A stretch of 64,000 bases of DNA from Akkermansia muciniphila (GTDB lineage: Bacteria > Verrucomicrobiota > Verrucomicrobiia > Verrucomicrobiales > V1-33): positions 64,781 to 128,780 of the forward strand of contig CAMAUV010000003.1 in the NCBI GenBank assembly GCA_945861415.1, written 5' to 3'. The position numbers and the translations under genes are program-made. A model generated the notes under the pieces. That model saw nothing but the letters and a program-made list of their open reading frames with translations, was not told where the DNA came from and did not search any database. Shown piece by piece: positions 15,951 through 25,014 of this stretch. Every line of letters starts with the position of its first letter. Within the stretch, counting starts at the first letter, position 1.

Positions 15951-18626
15951 CTACTTGCGCCCCTTATTTTTCCGCGGTGTTGCGCTTTGGACCTCTACGG
16001 GAAGGCCGGCATCAGGAGTGTCGAAGGGGACATCTTTCTCATAAGTGGGGAGGACGACGTCTTTGGTGATGCGTTCGGGCTTGGCAAATTCGATGGCTTC
16101 GGATCCGACAACGGTGCGCTGAAGCTCACTGACATTCACATCCACCATGTCATCCGCAGTCTCGATAATGCGGGCCTGCAGGAGGACAACGAGTTCTCGG
16201 CGGCGCTTATCGCGGTTGTTAGAGCCGGTGAGATATTTGAGCACCGGAACCTTGCTCAGGAAGGGTAGTCCGGACTGGGATTTGGAATCGGAGTCCGAGA
16301 TTAATCCGCCAAGGACAAGGATTGCTCCATTGGGCACAGTGATACGAGTATTGAGTTCTTGGGTGGCAATGTTAGGAATGGCATTTCCATTGATGACGGT
16401 TTCGCCGTTTATAGTGTCGTTAAGCTGATCAACCGTCAGGGTGATTTCGTTCTTGGAGTTGATGAGGGGCGTCACACCCAAAGACAGAACAACGTTTTCG
16501 TATTCGATGCTGCTGTTGAGCGACTGAGTGCCGCCGGTCACGATAGTGGACTGCTGGTTGCTGGGGATCGGTACGCGTTCACCGCTGGAGATGGTGCCGA
16601 GTTCGTTGTTAGCGATGGTGATGTGGGGCTTGGCGAGAAGCTTGGAATTGCTTGATGTTTCCAGCGCCCTAACATACGCATTGAACAGGTCTCCTGCGGC
16701 GGCATAGAGGTTGAAACCGCTACCGGTAGCAGGGAAAGCGGCGAGGGTGGAGAGGGTGGAGGGGTCGATGAATGCGCCATTGGGGCCGGAGCGGAAGAAT
16801 CCGGCGGCATTGACGCTCTCTCCTCCGATGTCTAGGGTCTCCACTTTGCGCAGGAAGTCGATGGAGGTGTCCATGTTGTCGCCGATGGACATCTGAGCAA
16901 TGACCGCATTGATGTGCACTTGGAAAGGCCGCCGATCCATTTCCTTAACGAGGTCGCTGACTCGCTGAATGGAATCAGGAGGGCCGGAGACGATGAGGCT
17001 GTTGGTGCGGGGGTCGGAGATGAGGAGCGTTTTGCCGACTGTCTGGGCACGGGGAGGGTCGGTAGTGCCACCCCCGGCTCCACCGGCGCTGCCCACGCTC
17101 TGGCGCGTTGAGCGGCCGCCACTGCTACCACCTCTAGCGCTGCTGGAGGAACTGCCGCGGTTGGCGATGCTGCTGCGGGCATTACCGCCAGCCGTTCCGC
17201 TGCCAAAGTCTCCGGCTTCACTGCGGCCACCGGTGGTCCGGGCACTGCCGCCGCCACTGCTGCTGGCACCGCCTCCTGAACCTGCCTGACCGGCACCGGT
17301 GGCTTCGAGGGAGGTCACGGCGAGGTCAAAAAATTCGGCTACGGGGATGTAGCGCAACTGCTGGGTGAGCAGATTCTTTACACGGCTGGGCTCATCGAAT
17401 TCGCGGATGAGTTTCCTAAGGTATTCGACGTGCTCCTCAGGGCCGTTAAGGAAAACACGGTTGGTGCGGGGATCGGCTTTTACGATCATGTTGCTGCCAT
17501 CCGGCATTTGTCCGCTGGCGGCACCGGGAGCGGCTTGCGCAACGACAGGCTGGGCTACAGCTCCTGGCTGCAGATTGACGGCAGCGGCGGCGGGGGATAT
17601 GCTGCGGAATCCGGTCGAGCCGCTTCTGCCTTTACCTTGCGCCTGGGCTTGCAGGATCTGGTCAAGAATGGACTGCACATCCTCAGCGGAAGCGCGCTCA
17701 AGCTCCACCCACTGATGCACCAACTTGACAGGCGGGAGGTCCATCTTTTCCACCGCTCTAACGAGGGTGCGGACATTAGAGACACTCTCGTGAACAAAAA
17801 GGGAGTTGGAGGAAGGAACAGCAATGAGCTTCGTCCACTGGTGGTTGGGGATGGCTTGGGCCAAGACTTGGGAGGCCTCGTCCACAGGAAGATGCTTCAA
17901 GGTCAGCAGGTAGCTAACGGGCTGCTCCTCTTCGGGTAAGTCTGCCAGTTTCGTGTAGATGATCCCGCCGTCCTTGGGCGGCTCAGTTAGCGGGGAGTTA
18001 CCCTGCCCCTGCAGCATGAGCGCCTTGTCTATATTTTTGCTGTAGGGCTGAATGACCACGCCCTGGAGCAGAAGACCGGCTTTAAGGAACTCGATCGCTT
18101 CCGCCGGCGCCAAAGGAGACTGTGGATTGGAAGCGAAAGTTAACTGGGCCTGCAGGTTGGGCCCGCGGAGCACGTGGCGGCCGGAGATTTCCTCATACTT
18201 CCCGATCACTTCTTCGATAGTGGCGTCCTTGAAAGCGATTTCCCACATCCCGTTTTCCTCCGTGGCCTCAGCAGTGCCCGTGGCAGCGCCGGGAGCGGGA
18301 GCAAGGCCGGGGCCGTTGCGAGCCCGTCCGCCCGGGGGCGAAGTCCGTCCCGGTATCGTCACCGGGGGCCGGGGAGTAGTGCCGGGGGCTAGGCCGGGAG
18401 TCGCAGGGGCGGGGGTAGCCGCCGGCGGGGCGGGAGCGGCGGCTGTGGGCGGCACCACGGTTTGCTTGGGAGCGGTAACTGCAGGGGCTCCGACTGACTG
18501 GCCGGTGGCATCTTGGGCTAACGGTTTGCCGCGGAGAGATGGCGAAAGGTTTGCGGAGCCCTGACCGGGAGCGGTCATCGGGAAGGCGAGCAGCAGTAGC
18601 GGAAGAAGGCGAGTGGGGCGTGACAT
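15951..18626 (-). CDS. Secretin (GspD/PilQ family) with long low-complexity inserts
   Basis: C-terminal secretin core: LLAKPHITIANNELGTISSGERVPIP...NTRITVPNGAILVLGGLISDSDSKSQSGLPFLSKVPVLKYL...RRRELVVLLQARII. It has N-domains of the ..DPRTN.L.V.G.. type and a signal peptide. Confidence 0.9.
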   Translation of the reverse strand: MSRPTRLLPLLLLAFPMTAPGQGSANLSPSLRGKPLAQDATGQSVGAPAVTAPKQTVVPPTAAAPAPPAATPAPATPGLAPGTTPRPPVTIPGRTSPPGGRARNGPGLAPAPGAATGTAEATEENGMWEIAFKDATIEEVIGKYEEISGRHVLRGPNLQAQLTFASNPQSPLAPAEAIEFLKAGLLLQGVVIQPYSKNIDKALMLQGQGNSPLTEPPKDGGIIYTKLADLPEEEQPVSYLLTLKHLPVDEASQVLAQAIPNHQWTKLIAVPSSNSLFVHESVSNVRTLVRAVEKMDLPPVKLVHQWVELERASAEDVQSILDQILQAQAQGKGRSGSTGFRSISPAAAAVNLQPGAVAQPVVAQAAPGAASGQMPDGSNMIVKADPRTNRVFLNGPEEHVEYLRKLIREFDEPSRVKNLLTQQLRYIPVAEFFDLAVTSLEATGAGQAGSGGGASSSGGGSARTTGGRSEAGDFGSGTAGGNARSSIANRGSSSSSARGGSSGGRSTRQSVGSAGGAGGGTTDPPRAQTVGKTLLISDPRTNSLIVSGPPDSIQRVSDLVKEMDRRPFQVHINAVIAQMSIGDNMDTSIDFLRKVETLDIGGESVNAAGFFRSGPNGAFIDPSTLSTLAAFPATGSGFNLYAAAGDLFNAYVRALETSSNSKLLAKPHITIANNELGTISSGERVPIPSNQQSTIVTGGTQSLNSSIEYENVVLSLGVTPLINSKNEITLTVDQLNDTINGETVINGNAIPNIATQELNTRITVPNGAILVLGGLISDSDSKSQSGLPFLSKVPVLKYLTGSNNRDKRRRELVVLLQARIIETADDMVDVNVSELQRTVVGSEAIEFAKPERITKDVVLPTYEKDVPFDTPDAGLPVEVQSATPRKNKGRK

Positions 18627-18706
18627 GATAAGTCGGATGGGGCAAAGTGGAGTGATTTCAGTGAAGGAACCGGTCAGGAAGTTGAGCGGAACCCGGAAGA
18701 CCTAAG

Positions 18707-19606
18707 CTATGGCTGAGTGGGCAGGACGACACGGCGGCGGCCTGTGCCGTTGGAGGATTTTCCGTCTCTGCTGCTACCGGGATTTGTTTGCGGAGGGGGC
18801 GGGACGTTGGGTTGCGTCACACTGGGCTGCCCCGTCATGTTATTGATACCCTGCTGGACATTGAGCGGATTGACCCCGCCGGGATTGGTCGCGTTGTTAT
18901 TGCCCGTATTCGCCGGAGTCCTGCCAGCAATTCCGTTCGCCTCTGCCCATTTCTGATAGGCGCCGTTGTTATTGCCCGTATTCTCCGGAGTCCTGCCAGG
19001 GATGAATGGGGCTGGAGGAGCAGCGTTGTTGGGAGCATTACCGCCCGGGCGCGGCATCACCGGCCGGGGGACCATGGTGCCGTTCGGGCCGGGCACCATT
19101 TGCACTCCTCCGCCACCACCGCCGGCAGAACCGCCTTTAGCATTTTTGAGGGTATCCTCTTCAAACTTGATAGGCTTTTGCTGGCCGTCCTTTTCCAGAA
19201 TCACTTCCGAGGAGGCGAGGGATTTTCCCTTTTTGAGCCCGATGATGCGGAATCCGCTGTCGTCGCTCTTTCTCATGGGAGACGCATCGCCCCAGACGGT
19301 GACGCGCTGCTTTTCCTTGCCAACAAAAAGGTAAACAGACATCATCTTGCCGCCACCGGCATACCCCGCGAGGGAGACGGCCTCAAAAGGATCTGCCGCA
19401 GCGGCCACTTCCTCTTTGGGAGCTTCGAACTCGAACGGGCTCTTTTTCCGCATGTGCGCGTAACGGGAAATGTCATACTGCTTTGGCAAATAGGGGGTGT
19501 AGCCATTTTCCGTGACGGCAGCAGGCGCGTTTTCATTGGCGAAAACGGGGGCAGCTATGCTGAGCAAGGCAACGTAGGGCAGAAGGGGAGTCAGTTTCGT
19601 TTTCAT
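18707..19606 (-). CDS. PilP / GspC-HR-like periplasmic protein with Gly/Pro/Asn-rich tail
   Basis: Signal peptide, then a beta-rich block (VSLAGYAGGGKMMSVYLFVGKEKQRVTVWGD...FRIIGLKKGKSLASSEVILEKDGQQKPIKF) like PilP/GspC HR domains. Its position is immediately upstream of the secretin. The start overlaps the upstream stop (ATGA). Confidence 0.5.
   Translation of the reverse strand: MKTKLTPLLPYVALLSIAAPVFANENAPAAVTENGYTPYLPKQYDISRYAHMRKKSPFEFEAPKEEVAAAADPFEAVSLAGYAGGGKMMSVYLFVGKEKQRVTVWGDASPMRKSDDSGFRIIGLKKGKSLASSEVILEKDGQQKPIKFEEDTLKNAKGGSAGGGGGGVQMVPGPNGTMVPRPVMPRPGGNAPNNAAPPAPFIPGRTPENTGNNNGAYQKWAEANGIAGRTPANTGNNNATNPGGVNPLNVQQGINNMTGQPSVTQPNVPPPPQTNPGSSRDGKSSNGTGRRRVVLPTQP
18893..18999. 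repeat. 35-bp direct repeat (1 mismatch), copies 72 bp apart, inside the pilP-like tail
   Basis: GTTGTTATTGCCCGTATTC(G/T)CCGGAGTCCTGCCAG occurs at 18893-18927 and 18965-18999. It encodes GRTPANTGNNN and GRTPENTGNNN. Confidence 0.85.
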
Positions 19607-20346
19607 GGAGTGGGCGGGGTGACGGGCGCCGCTTCAGCAGGAGTCGGGTCCGGCAAAGCGGGAGGCGCCAAGGGCACGACAGTAGCGTCAGCGGCTTTGT
19701 TTTCAGGAGCCGAAGTATCAGCCGACGGTTTGGAAGTTTGGACACCCGGGGCTTCGGGTTGTTCAACTCCTTCGGGAGTTTCTTCATTCGTGAAAACGGA
19801 GCCCTCTGGTTTCGCCCACCACTGCTCCAATTCCACAGTGACCTGCACACTTTGCTCGGCGTCATTGTTCTCGTTCTTGCGGGGCACGAGAGTAATGCGG
19901 GGCACAAAACGAAAATCCTTTGGCGACTGGAGACGATAGATAAAATCCATCACCCCAGTCCATTCCCCCTCCACAGTGGACTGGTAACGGCTCTTGTCGA
20001 AATGCTCGCCATCCCTGGGCGGCAGACGCTGGAATTTAGTAACATCCACACCAGTACCGTTGATCAACTGCCCCTGCACGAGATCGCCCAAGTGGGTCTC
20101 CCGCTGACCTTCGTCGGCATAAGTCCTTATGTTCCCGGCAATGAACTCCTCCACCTTCAGGGCCTCGCCGGCCTTGCCGCTCCACGCCTTGAGCTGCTGG
20201 ACACGACCATTCAGCCGACCCTTCTCCCGGTCCAGCTTCCCCTGGGCTCCCATGAGCCATGTGAAGCCGATGAAGTTGGCAAAAACAAAGGTGCCGATGC
20301 CGACAAAGGTCAGCATGCGTCTCTCGCGGTCATTGAGCTGGGGCAT
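19603..20346 (-). CDS. PilO / GspM-like bitopic protein
   Basis: ATG 20346 gives MPQLNDRERRMLTFVGIGTFVFANFIGFTWLMG (short cytoplasmic tail plus TM). This is followed by a coiled coil and an alpha/beta domain, then a Pro-rich tail. It overlaps the upstream gene by 17 nt. Confidence 0.5.
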   Translation of the reverse strand: MPQLNDRERRMLTFVGIGTFVFANFIGFTWLMGAQGKLDREKGRLNGRVQQLKAWSGKAGEALKVEEFIAGNIRTYADEGQRETHLGDLVQGQLINGTGVDVTKFQRLPPRDGEHFDKSRYQSTVEGEWTGVMDFIYRLQSPKDFRFVPRITLVPRKNENNDAEQSVQVTVELEQWWAKPEGSVFTNEETPEGVEQPEAPGVQTSKPSADTSAPENKAADATVVPLAPPALPDPTPAEAAPVTPPTP

Positions 20347-21607
20347 TGTCGTCAGGTTTGATGTTTCCGGTAATCTGGAATGGCACAACCGCCCCGCGGG
20401 CCGGCTCAACCTTGTAATCCCATTTAAAGTCCTTGAGTGCGTTGTTGCCCTTAATGCGGGTGTTGTAGAGAATGGCAGGACGGTCACTGGCGTTGGCCTC
20501 CCCCTTTATGGTGATGCCTGCCGTTTCCGCGCCATTGTCGTCCACCTTGCGCTCGATCTCTACATTCGTGACCCGCACGCCGATGCTCTGCTGGTAGAGC
20601 GGGGTCAAGGCCTGGTTGAGCAGCTCGATGGGGTAGTGGTCGGAGTTGGTCACGCCTTCCAGCACCTGTTTCTTGATAAGCGATTTCTCCACAGAACCGA
20701 ATTGCGCTTCCAATTGGTTTGCCTGGCCGCGCAGGTCGTCCACGTCACTTTTGGCCATGAAATAGCTGGCGGCGGAGAATGCCGGCACCGCGAGATATAG
20801 CAGTAGGCCGAGAAGAATGTAGTTCCGGATGCGCTTCATGCGCGCTGACCGGATCTTGGCCATGGCCACCGATACCGGCTCGATGCTGCTCACCTCCTGC
20901 GGCACGGCCGGAGCGGGTCGGCGCTCGCTACGTACACGGGCGCCAAACACCCGCTGCAATTCCTCCACCGCGCCGGGCTCAACCGCCTCGGTCCAGAGGA
21001 CAATACCCTTGATCTCCTCCACAATGCCCTGGGTGAAGAGCGGCATGAGCAGTTGCTCTAGTTCCTGCGCCGTTTCCATTCGCAGCATATCGCTCGTAAG
21101 CGCGTGGTAATAGACCGGCTGGTCCCCGCGGGTAATGCAAAAAACGAGGCGGCCCAACTCCCGCCAGATGACGAGGTGGTCATCTGGCAAATAATAGAGG
21201 TAGGGCGAAATCTCAAAGCGCTGCGGAGCCTCCTTAGGCAGCACGTCGGCCACCTGCGCGTTGAGCACGGAGGCAAGGATCAGCGTATTGGTCTCGTTGC
21301 GTTCCACTGTGCGGTAGTCCACCAAGCGGCCCACCGGGGTGTCCGGCTTCAGCCCCTGTTTTTCGAGCTGAAAATCCACAATATCGGGCAGTAGGTCGAC
21401 ATCGCCGGTAGCTGCCCGGACAGGCACGGCGAAAGCGGCGCTTATAGGATAGCCGAACACGCCGGCAGTCTTAAATGCGGCTGCGCCTTCATCCACCGGC
21501 AGGGTCTGCGCGATCTGCCAGCCCTCGGCGCTGTATTTCCACAACTCCCACGACTGTTCTCCCGGCAGACAAATGCCTGCCTCGGTATTGGCACTGGGTG
21601 ACTTCAT
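20330..21607 (-). CDS. GspL-like / fused PilM-PilN-like assembly protein
   Basis: About 265-aa cytoplasmic part, one TM (IRNYILLGLLLYLAVPAFSAASYF), then a coiled coil plus a PilN-like periplasmic domain (..ITIKGEANASDRPAILYNTRIKG..PFQITG). It starts directly after the gspK-like stop. Confidence 0.5.
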   Translation of the reverse strand: MKSPSANTEAGICLPGEQSWELWKYSAEGWQIAQTLPVDEGAAAFKTAGVFGYPISAAFAVPVRAATGDVDLLPDIVDFQLEKQGLKPDTPVGRLVDYRTVERNETNTLILASVLNAQVADVLPKEAPQRFEISPYLYYLPDDHLVIWRELGRLVFCITRGDQPVYYHALTSDMLRMETAQELEQLLMPLFTQGIVEEIKGIVLWTEAVEPGAVEELQRVFGARVRSERRPAPAVPQEVSSIEPVSVAMAKIRSARMKRIRNYILLGLLLYLAVPAFSAASYFMAKSDVDDLRGQANQLEAQFGSVEKSLIKKQVLEGVTNSDHYPIELLNQALTPLYQQSIGVRVTNVEIERKVDDNGAETAGITIKGEANASDRPAILYNTRIKGNNALKDFKWDYKVEPARGAVVPFQITGNIKPDDNAPAQ

Positions 21608-22660
21608 TTATTCAAACAAGGGGACTTCTTCACGAGTAAGTATTTGGGGAGTTCCGTTACGATTGCGCACGATCAAAACCACGCGTTTCCGGTATTCGCC
21701 GACCGTGGCCACGCTCTCGATGTGCACGGTCTGGTCATTGACGCCAAACACGGCGCTGACCATTGAGTCCGCGGGATCGAGGCCCAGCCCCTCAAGGGCT
21801 GCATTCATTTCTTCGGCACTTTGAAGCTTGATATCGTCCTCTGTTTCCTCAATGCCGTCAGAGCCCCATCGATCGGTGACCAGTTCCTGTGCCTCCACCA
21901 GCAAGTCTGGATAGTCCCGGGCAGGATCGGAGGTCCCTTTCACGGCCAAAGCCGCCGACGCGATAACCTTGGCCTCCGCTTCGTTCAGGTCGATCTTGCC
22001 GGCGCTGTAGATGGTGAAGAAATCCCGCCAGTCGGGAAGCAGCGCAGTGATTTCATCAAAACCGGGAACCAGCGTCATTTCGTCCAGATCATAAAACGGC
22101 CGGTTGAAGGGATATGGAGTATTTTCGCCGTACATGTCCACATAGTCATTCTTCTCCAGTCCATGGGTGAGATTGGAGCTGTCCGCATCCACCCAGTCGA
22201 CCAGACAGTCGAAGAGGACGGCCGCCTGATCATTGCTCATCCCCCAGATAGTGAACCACTTGGTTAGAAAGGTGCGGCTGGCTTCACCCTGCTGGAGCAG
22301 AAAGTTGATGTTCTGGCGCCCGCCCTCACCTTTGATCTTTACGGAGACCATTTCGCCATCCTCCAACTTTTGCGTCAACGGCAGCAACACGGCATCCGCC
22401 ACCCCGGGGCCTTGATTCAGCAGGCCAAAGTCGAATTCCTTCACCACCGGATTCATCGCGATGTTGATCCCCATTTCCGCCAGTTGCCGGGCGCGAAAGG
22501 CCTGCTTTTGGGCCATGGTCATGGTCAGGTCCTGACTGACGACCACATTGGCACTGTGAATGAGCATCATCATCATGCCAATGAGCCACATGACCAGCAG
22601 CAGCGACGAACCGCGCCGGGCATGGCGGCAGCGGAGGTCGGAGAGCGGGAGGAGTTTCAT
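21608..22660 (-). CDS. GspK-like minor pseudopilin
   Basis: RRGSSLLLVMWLIGMMMMLI pseudopilin-type N-terminal helix, central LVDWVDADS..GLEKNDY, and C-terminal LDEMTLVPGF...KIDLNEAEAKVI as in the T2SS protein K family. ATG 22660 is preferred over tracked 22711. Confidence 0.7.
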   Translation of the reverse strand: MKLLPLSDLRCRHARRGSSLLLVMWLIGMMMMLIHSANVVVSQDLTMTMAQKQAFRARQLAEMGINIAMNPVVKEFDFGLLNQGPGVADAVLLPLTQKLEDGEMVSVKIKGEGGRQNINFLLQQGEASRTFLTKWFTIWGMSNDQAAVLFDCLVDWVDADSSNLTHGLEKNDYVDMYGENTPYPFNRPFYDLDEMTLVPGFDEITALLPDWRDFFTIYSAGKIDLNEAEAKVIASAALAVKGTSDPARDYPDLLVEAQELVTDRWGSDGIEETEDDIKLQSAEEMNAALEGLGLDPADSMVSAVFGVNDQTVHIESVATVGEYRKRVVLIVRNRNGTPQILTREEVPLFE

Positions 22661-22857
22661 GGCGGAGGACGGGCCGGAAGGGGATAGTGGAAGGAAAGCG
22701 CCGGGGAGCAAATGGGAAGTAACTCCCTTGTCCCCTTTTTAGACCACCACCGCCCCTGCGGCGTTCAATACTGCCCATCCCGCGCCTAGCGGACGGATTT
22801 CCTTCACAACTTGCGCAGGATGCGTGCAGTCCCCTGCTTGACGGTCCTTGCCGCCCA

Positions 22858-24939
22858 TTAGCTCAGCGCGCTTAGGCTCTCGCTACTGATCAGTAGAGGC
22901 AGGAGCCGCGCATTTTCCGGTTTGGTCAGGGTGGGGTCGTTTTCAATGGTAACGGAGGCAAGTCGGCGCGCGGTGCGCACAAGTTTGCCGTCCCTCACAA
23001 GGTCACCCAGTCGCAGCCCGGGAAGTCCGCTCTGGGCCGTGCCGAGAATGTCGCCGGGGCCCCGCAGCAGGAGATCCGCCTCTGCCACAGCGAATCCGTC
23101 GGTGGTTTTCTCCAGTGTGCGCAACCGGTCCACCGCCTCCGGATTCTTGCCGCTGGCCACGAGGATGCAGTAGCTCTTGTGCTCACCGCGCCCTACACGC
23201 CCGCGCAACTGATGGAGTTGCGCGAGACCAAAGCGCTCGGCATCAAAAACGATCATTACCGTGGCGTTGGGAATATCGACGCCGACTTCGATAACACTGG
23301 TTGCGCAGAGTGCGTTCGTTTGGCCGCTGCGGAATTTTGCCATCACCGCTTCCTTTTCTTCCCCAGAAACGCGGCCGTGAATGAGCGCGAGTTCGTGTCC
23401 CGCCAGCCGCTTCTTCCACTTCTCAAACTCAACCGTGGCTGACCGCACCTGCAGGGTTTCGCTCTCCTCCACCAACGGGAACACAAGGAAGGCCTGACGC
23501 CCCGCGGCGAATTGTTCCTTGAGAAATCCCGCGACCTGCGCCGTGTCCGGCTCCTCCCGCACAGCAGTGAAAATAGGCTGGCGCCCGGCGGGCACTTCAT
23601 CAAGGACGGAGACATCAAGATCGCCGTAAGCTGTCAGGGTCAACGTGCGCGGAATGGGAGTAGCGGTCATCACCAGAACATGCGGAGCCCGGCCCTGACG
23701 CACCAGTTTCGCCCGCTGCTCGACACCGAACTTATGCTGCTCGTCAATGACCACAAATCCGAGGTCCGTGACAGCGGCATCTCCTGACAGCAAAGCATGT
23801 GTCCCGATAAGAATCTGCGGCGCGTCCGAGCCTTCGGAGAGCAGCGGGAGAAAGCTGTCCTCCTTGCGTGCGCCGGTGCGCAGTGCAATGCGCAGGCCCA
23901 GCGGCTCCAACCAGCGGCGGAAATTGAGATAATGCTGCTCAGCAAGAATCTGTGTCGGGGCCATGAGCGCCGCCTGGCACCCGCTTTCCACCGCGAAAAG
24001 CATGGCCGCGAGCGCTACAAAAGTTTTACCGCTGCCCACATCGCCCTGGAGCATCCGATTCATCGCGCACGGCTTTGCGAGGTCCGCCCGGACTTCTGAA
24101 ATGGAGCGCTCCTGCGCACCCGTCAGCGCGAACGGCAGCAGAGCACGCCACTGGGCATAAAGATCGCCATTGCCGCAACGGGGCTCACCGGCAAGCGCCT
24201 GCCAGTCCTGCCGACGGCGCAGCACATTGAGTTGCAGTACGAAAAATTCCTCCAGCGCCAGATACCTCCGCGCCGCCTCCATTTGCTCCATGCTTTCCGG
24301 AAAATGAATCCGCCGCAGCGCAAACGCCCGCGACTGCCCGGCAAAATCACCGGCATCCGACGGCGGGGGCAGCACATCCGGTAGAGCGGCATCGCTCAAG
24401 TTCTCAAGCAAAAGAAACATCGCCCGCCGCAGTTGCTTCTGCGGCACGCCCTCCCGGGCACGGTACACCGGCACGATGCGCCGCATGTGAATCCGCACGT
24501 CCTCCGGATCACCGTCCAGAATTTCATACTCCGGATGATCAATCACCAGCCGCCCATTTTTTGCACACTTCACCTTGCCATAAGCCACCACCTCCTGACC
24601 GGCAGCAAACTGCTTGTAGAGCCACGCGGCGTTGAAAAAACGCAGCACCACCGGTTCTGACAAGCCAGCTGCAGACTCCCGGTCGATCGTGATTTCGACA
24701 AAAGCTTTTTTGTAGCCGAACCGCTTCAACTGCGTGTCCGTAACATTGCCATGGAGGCACAGTGGCTCTTTGTCCTCGCCATGCGGCCAGGCACTGAACT
24801 GCCGCCGGTCCTCCCAGCGAAATGGAAAGTGCAGCAACAACTGCTGAACGGTGACAAAGCCCCCGGATGCCAGCACCTTTTGCGTGCGCGCATCAAGAAA
24901 AGCCAAATCCGCAAGCCGGCTGCTTAAATCGAAAGTCAT
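22858..24939 (-). CDS. recG: ATP-dependent DNA helicase RecG
   Basis: Wedge domain, helicase motifs MLQGDVGSGKT, VIDEQHKFGV, MTATPIPRTL and QLHQLRGRVGRG. ATG 24939 is preferred. Confidence 0.9.
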   Translation of the reverse strand: MTFDLSSRLADLAFLDARTQKVLASGGFVTVQQLLLHFPFRWEDRRQFSAWPHGEDKEPLCLHGNVTDTQLKRFGYKKAFVEITIDRESAAGLSEPVVLRFFNAAWLYKQFAAGQEVVAYGKVKCAKNGRLVIDHPEYEILDGDPEDVRIHMRRIVPVYRAREGVPQKQLRRAMFLLLENLSDAALPDVLPPPSDAGDFAGQSRAFALRRIHFPESMEQMEAARRYLALEEFFVLQLNVLRRRQDWQALAGEPRCGNGDLYAQWRALLPFALTGAQERSISEVRADLAKPCAMNRMLQGDVGSGKTFVALAAMLFAVESGCQAALMAPTQILAEQHYLNFRRWLEPLGLRIALRTGARKEDSFLPLLSEGSDAPQILIGTHALLSGDAAVTDLGFVVIDEQHKFGVEQRAKLVRQGRAPHVLVMTATPIPRTLTLTAYGDLDVSVLDEVPAGRQPIFTAVREEPDTAQVAGFLKEQFAAGRQAFLVFPLVEESETLQVRSATVEFEKWKKRLAGHELALIHGRVSGEEKEAVMAKFRSGQTNALCATSVIEVGVDIPNATVMIVFDAERFGLAQLHQLRGRVGRGEHKSYCILVASGKNPEAVDRLRTLEKTTDGFAVAEADLLLRGPGDILGTAQSGLPGLRLGDLVRDGKLVRTARRLASVTIENDPTLTKPENARLLPLLISSESLSALS

Positions 24940-25014
24940 CCCCGCTAAAAAGCGCAGGCACGCACCCGCGGCAACTTGAAAGCATCGCCCGGCTACGGAC
25001 AAGCAACGGAATTC

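Noticed and set aside
18788-19939. 383-aa plus-strand ORF
   Set aside because: It is antisense to the pilP-like and pilO-like genes, which are supported by signal peptide/TM features and translational coupling.
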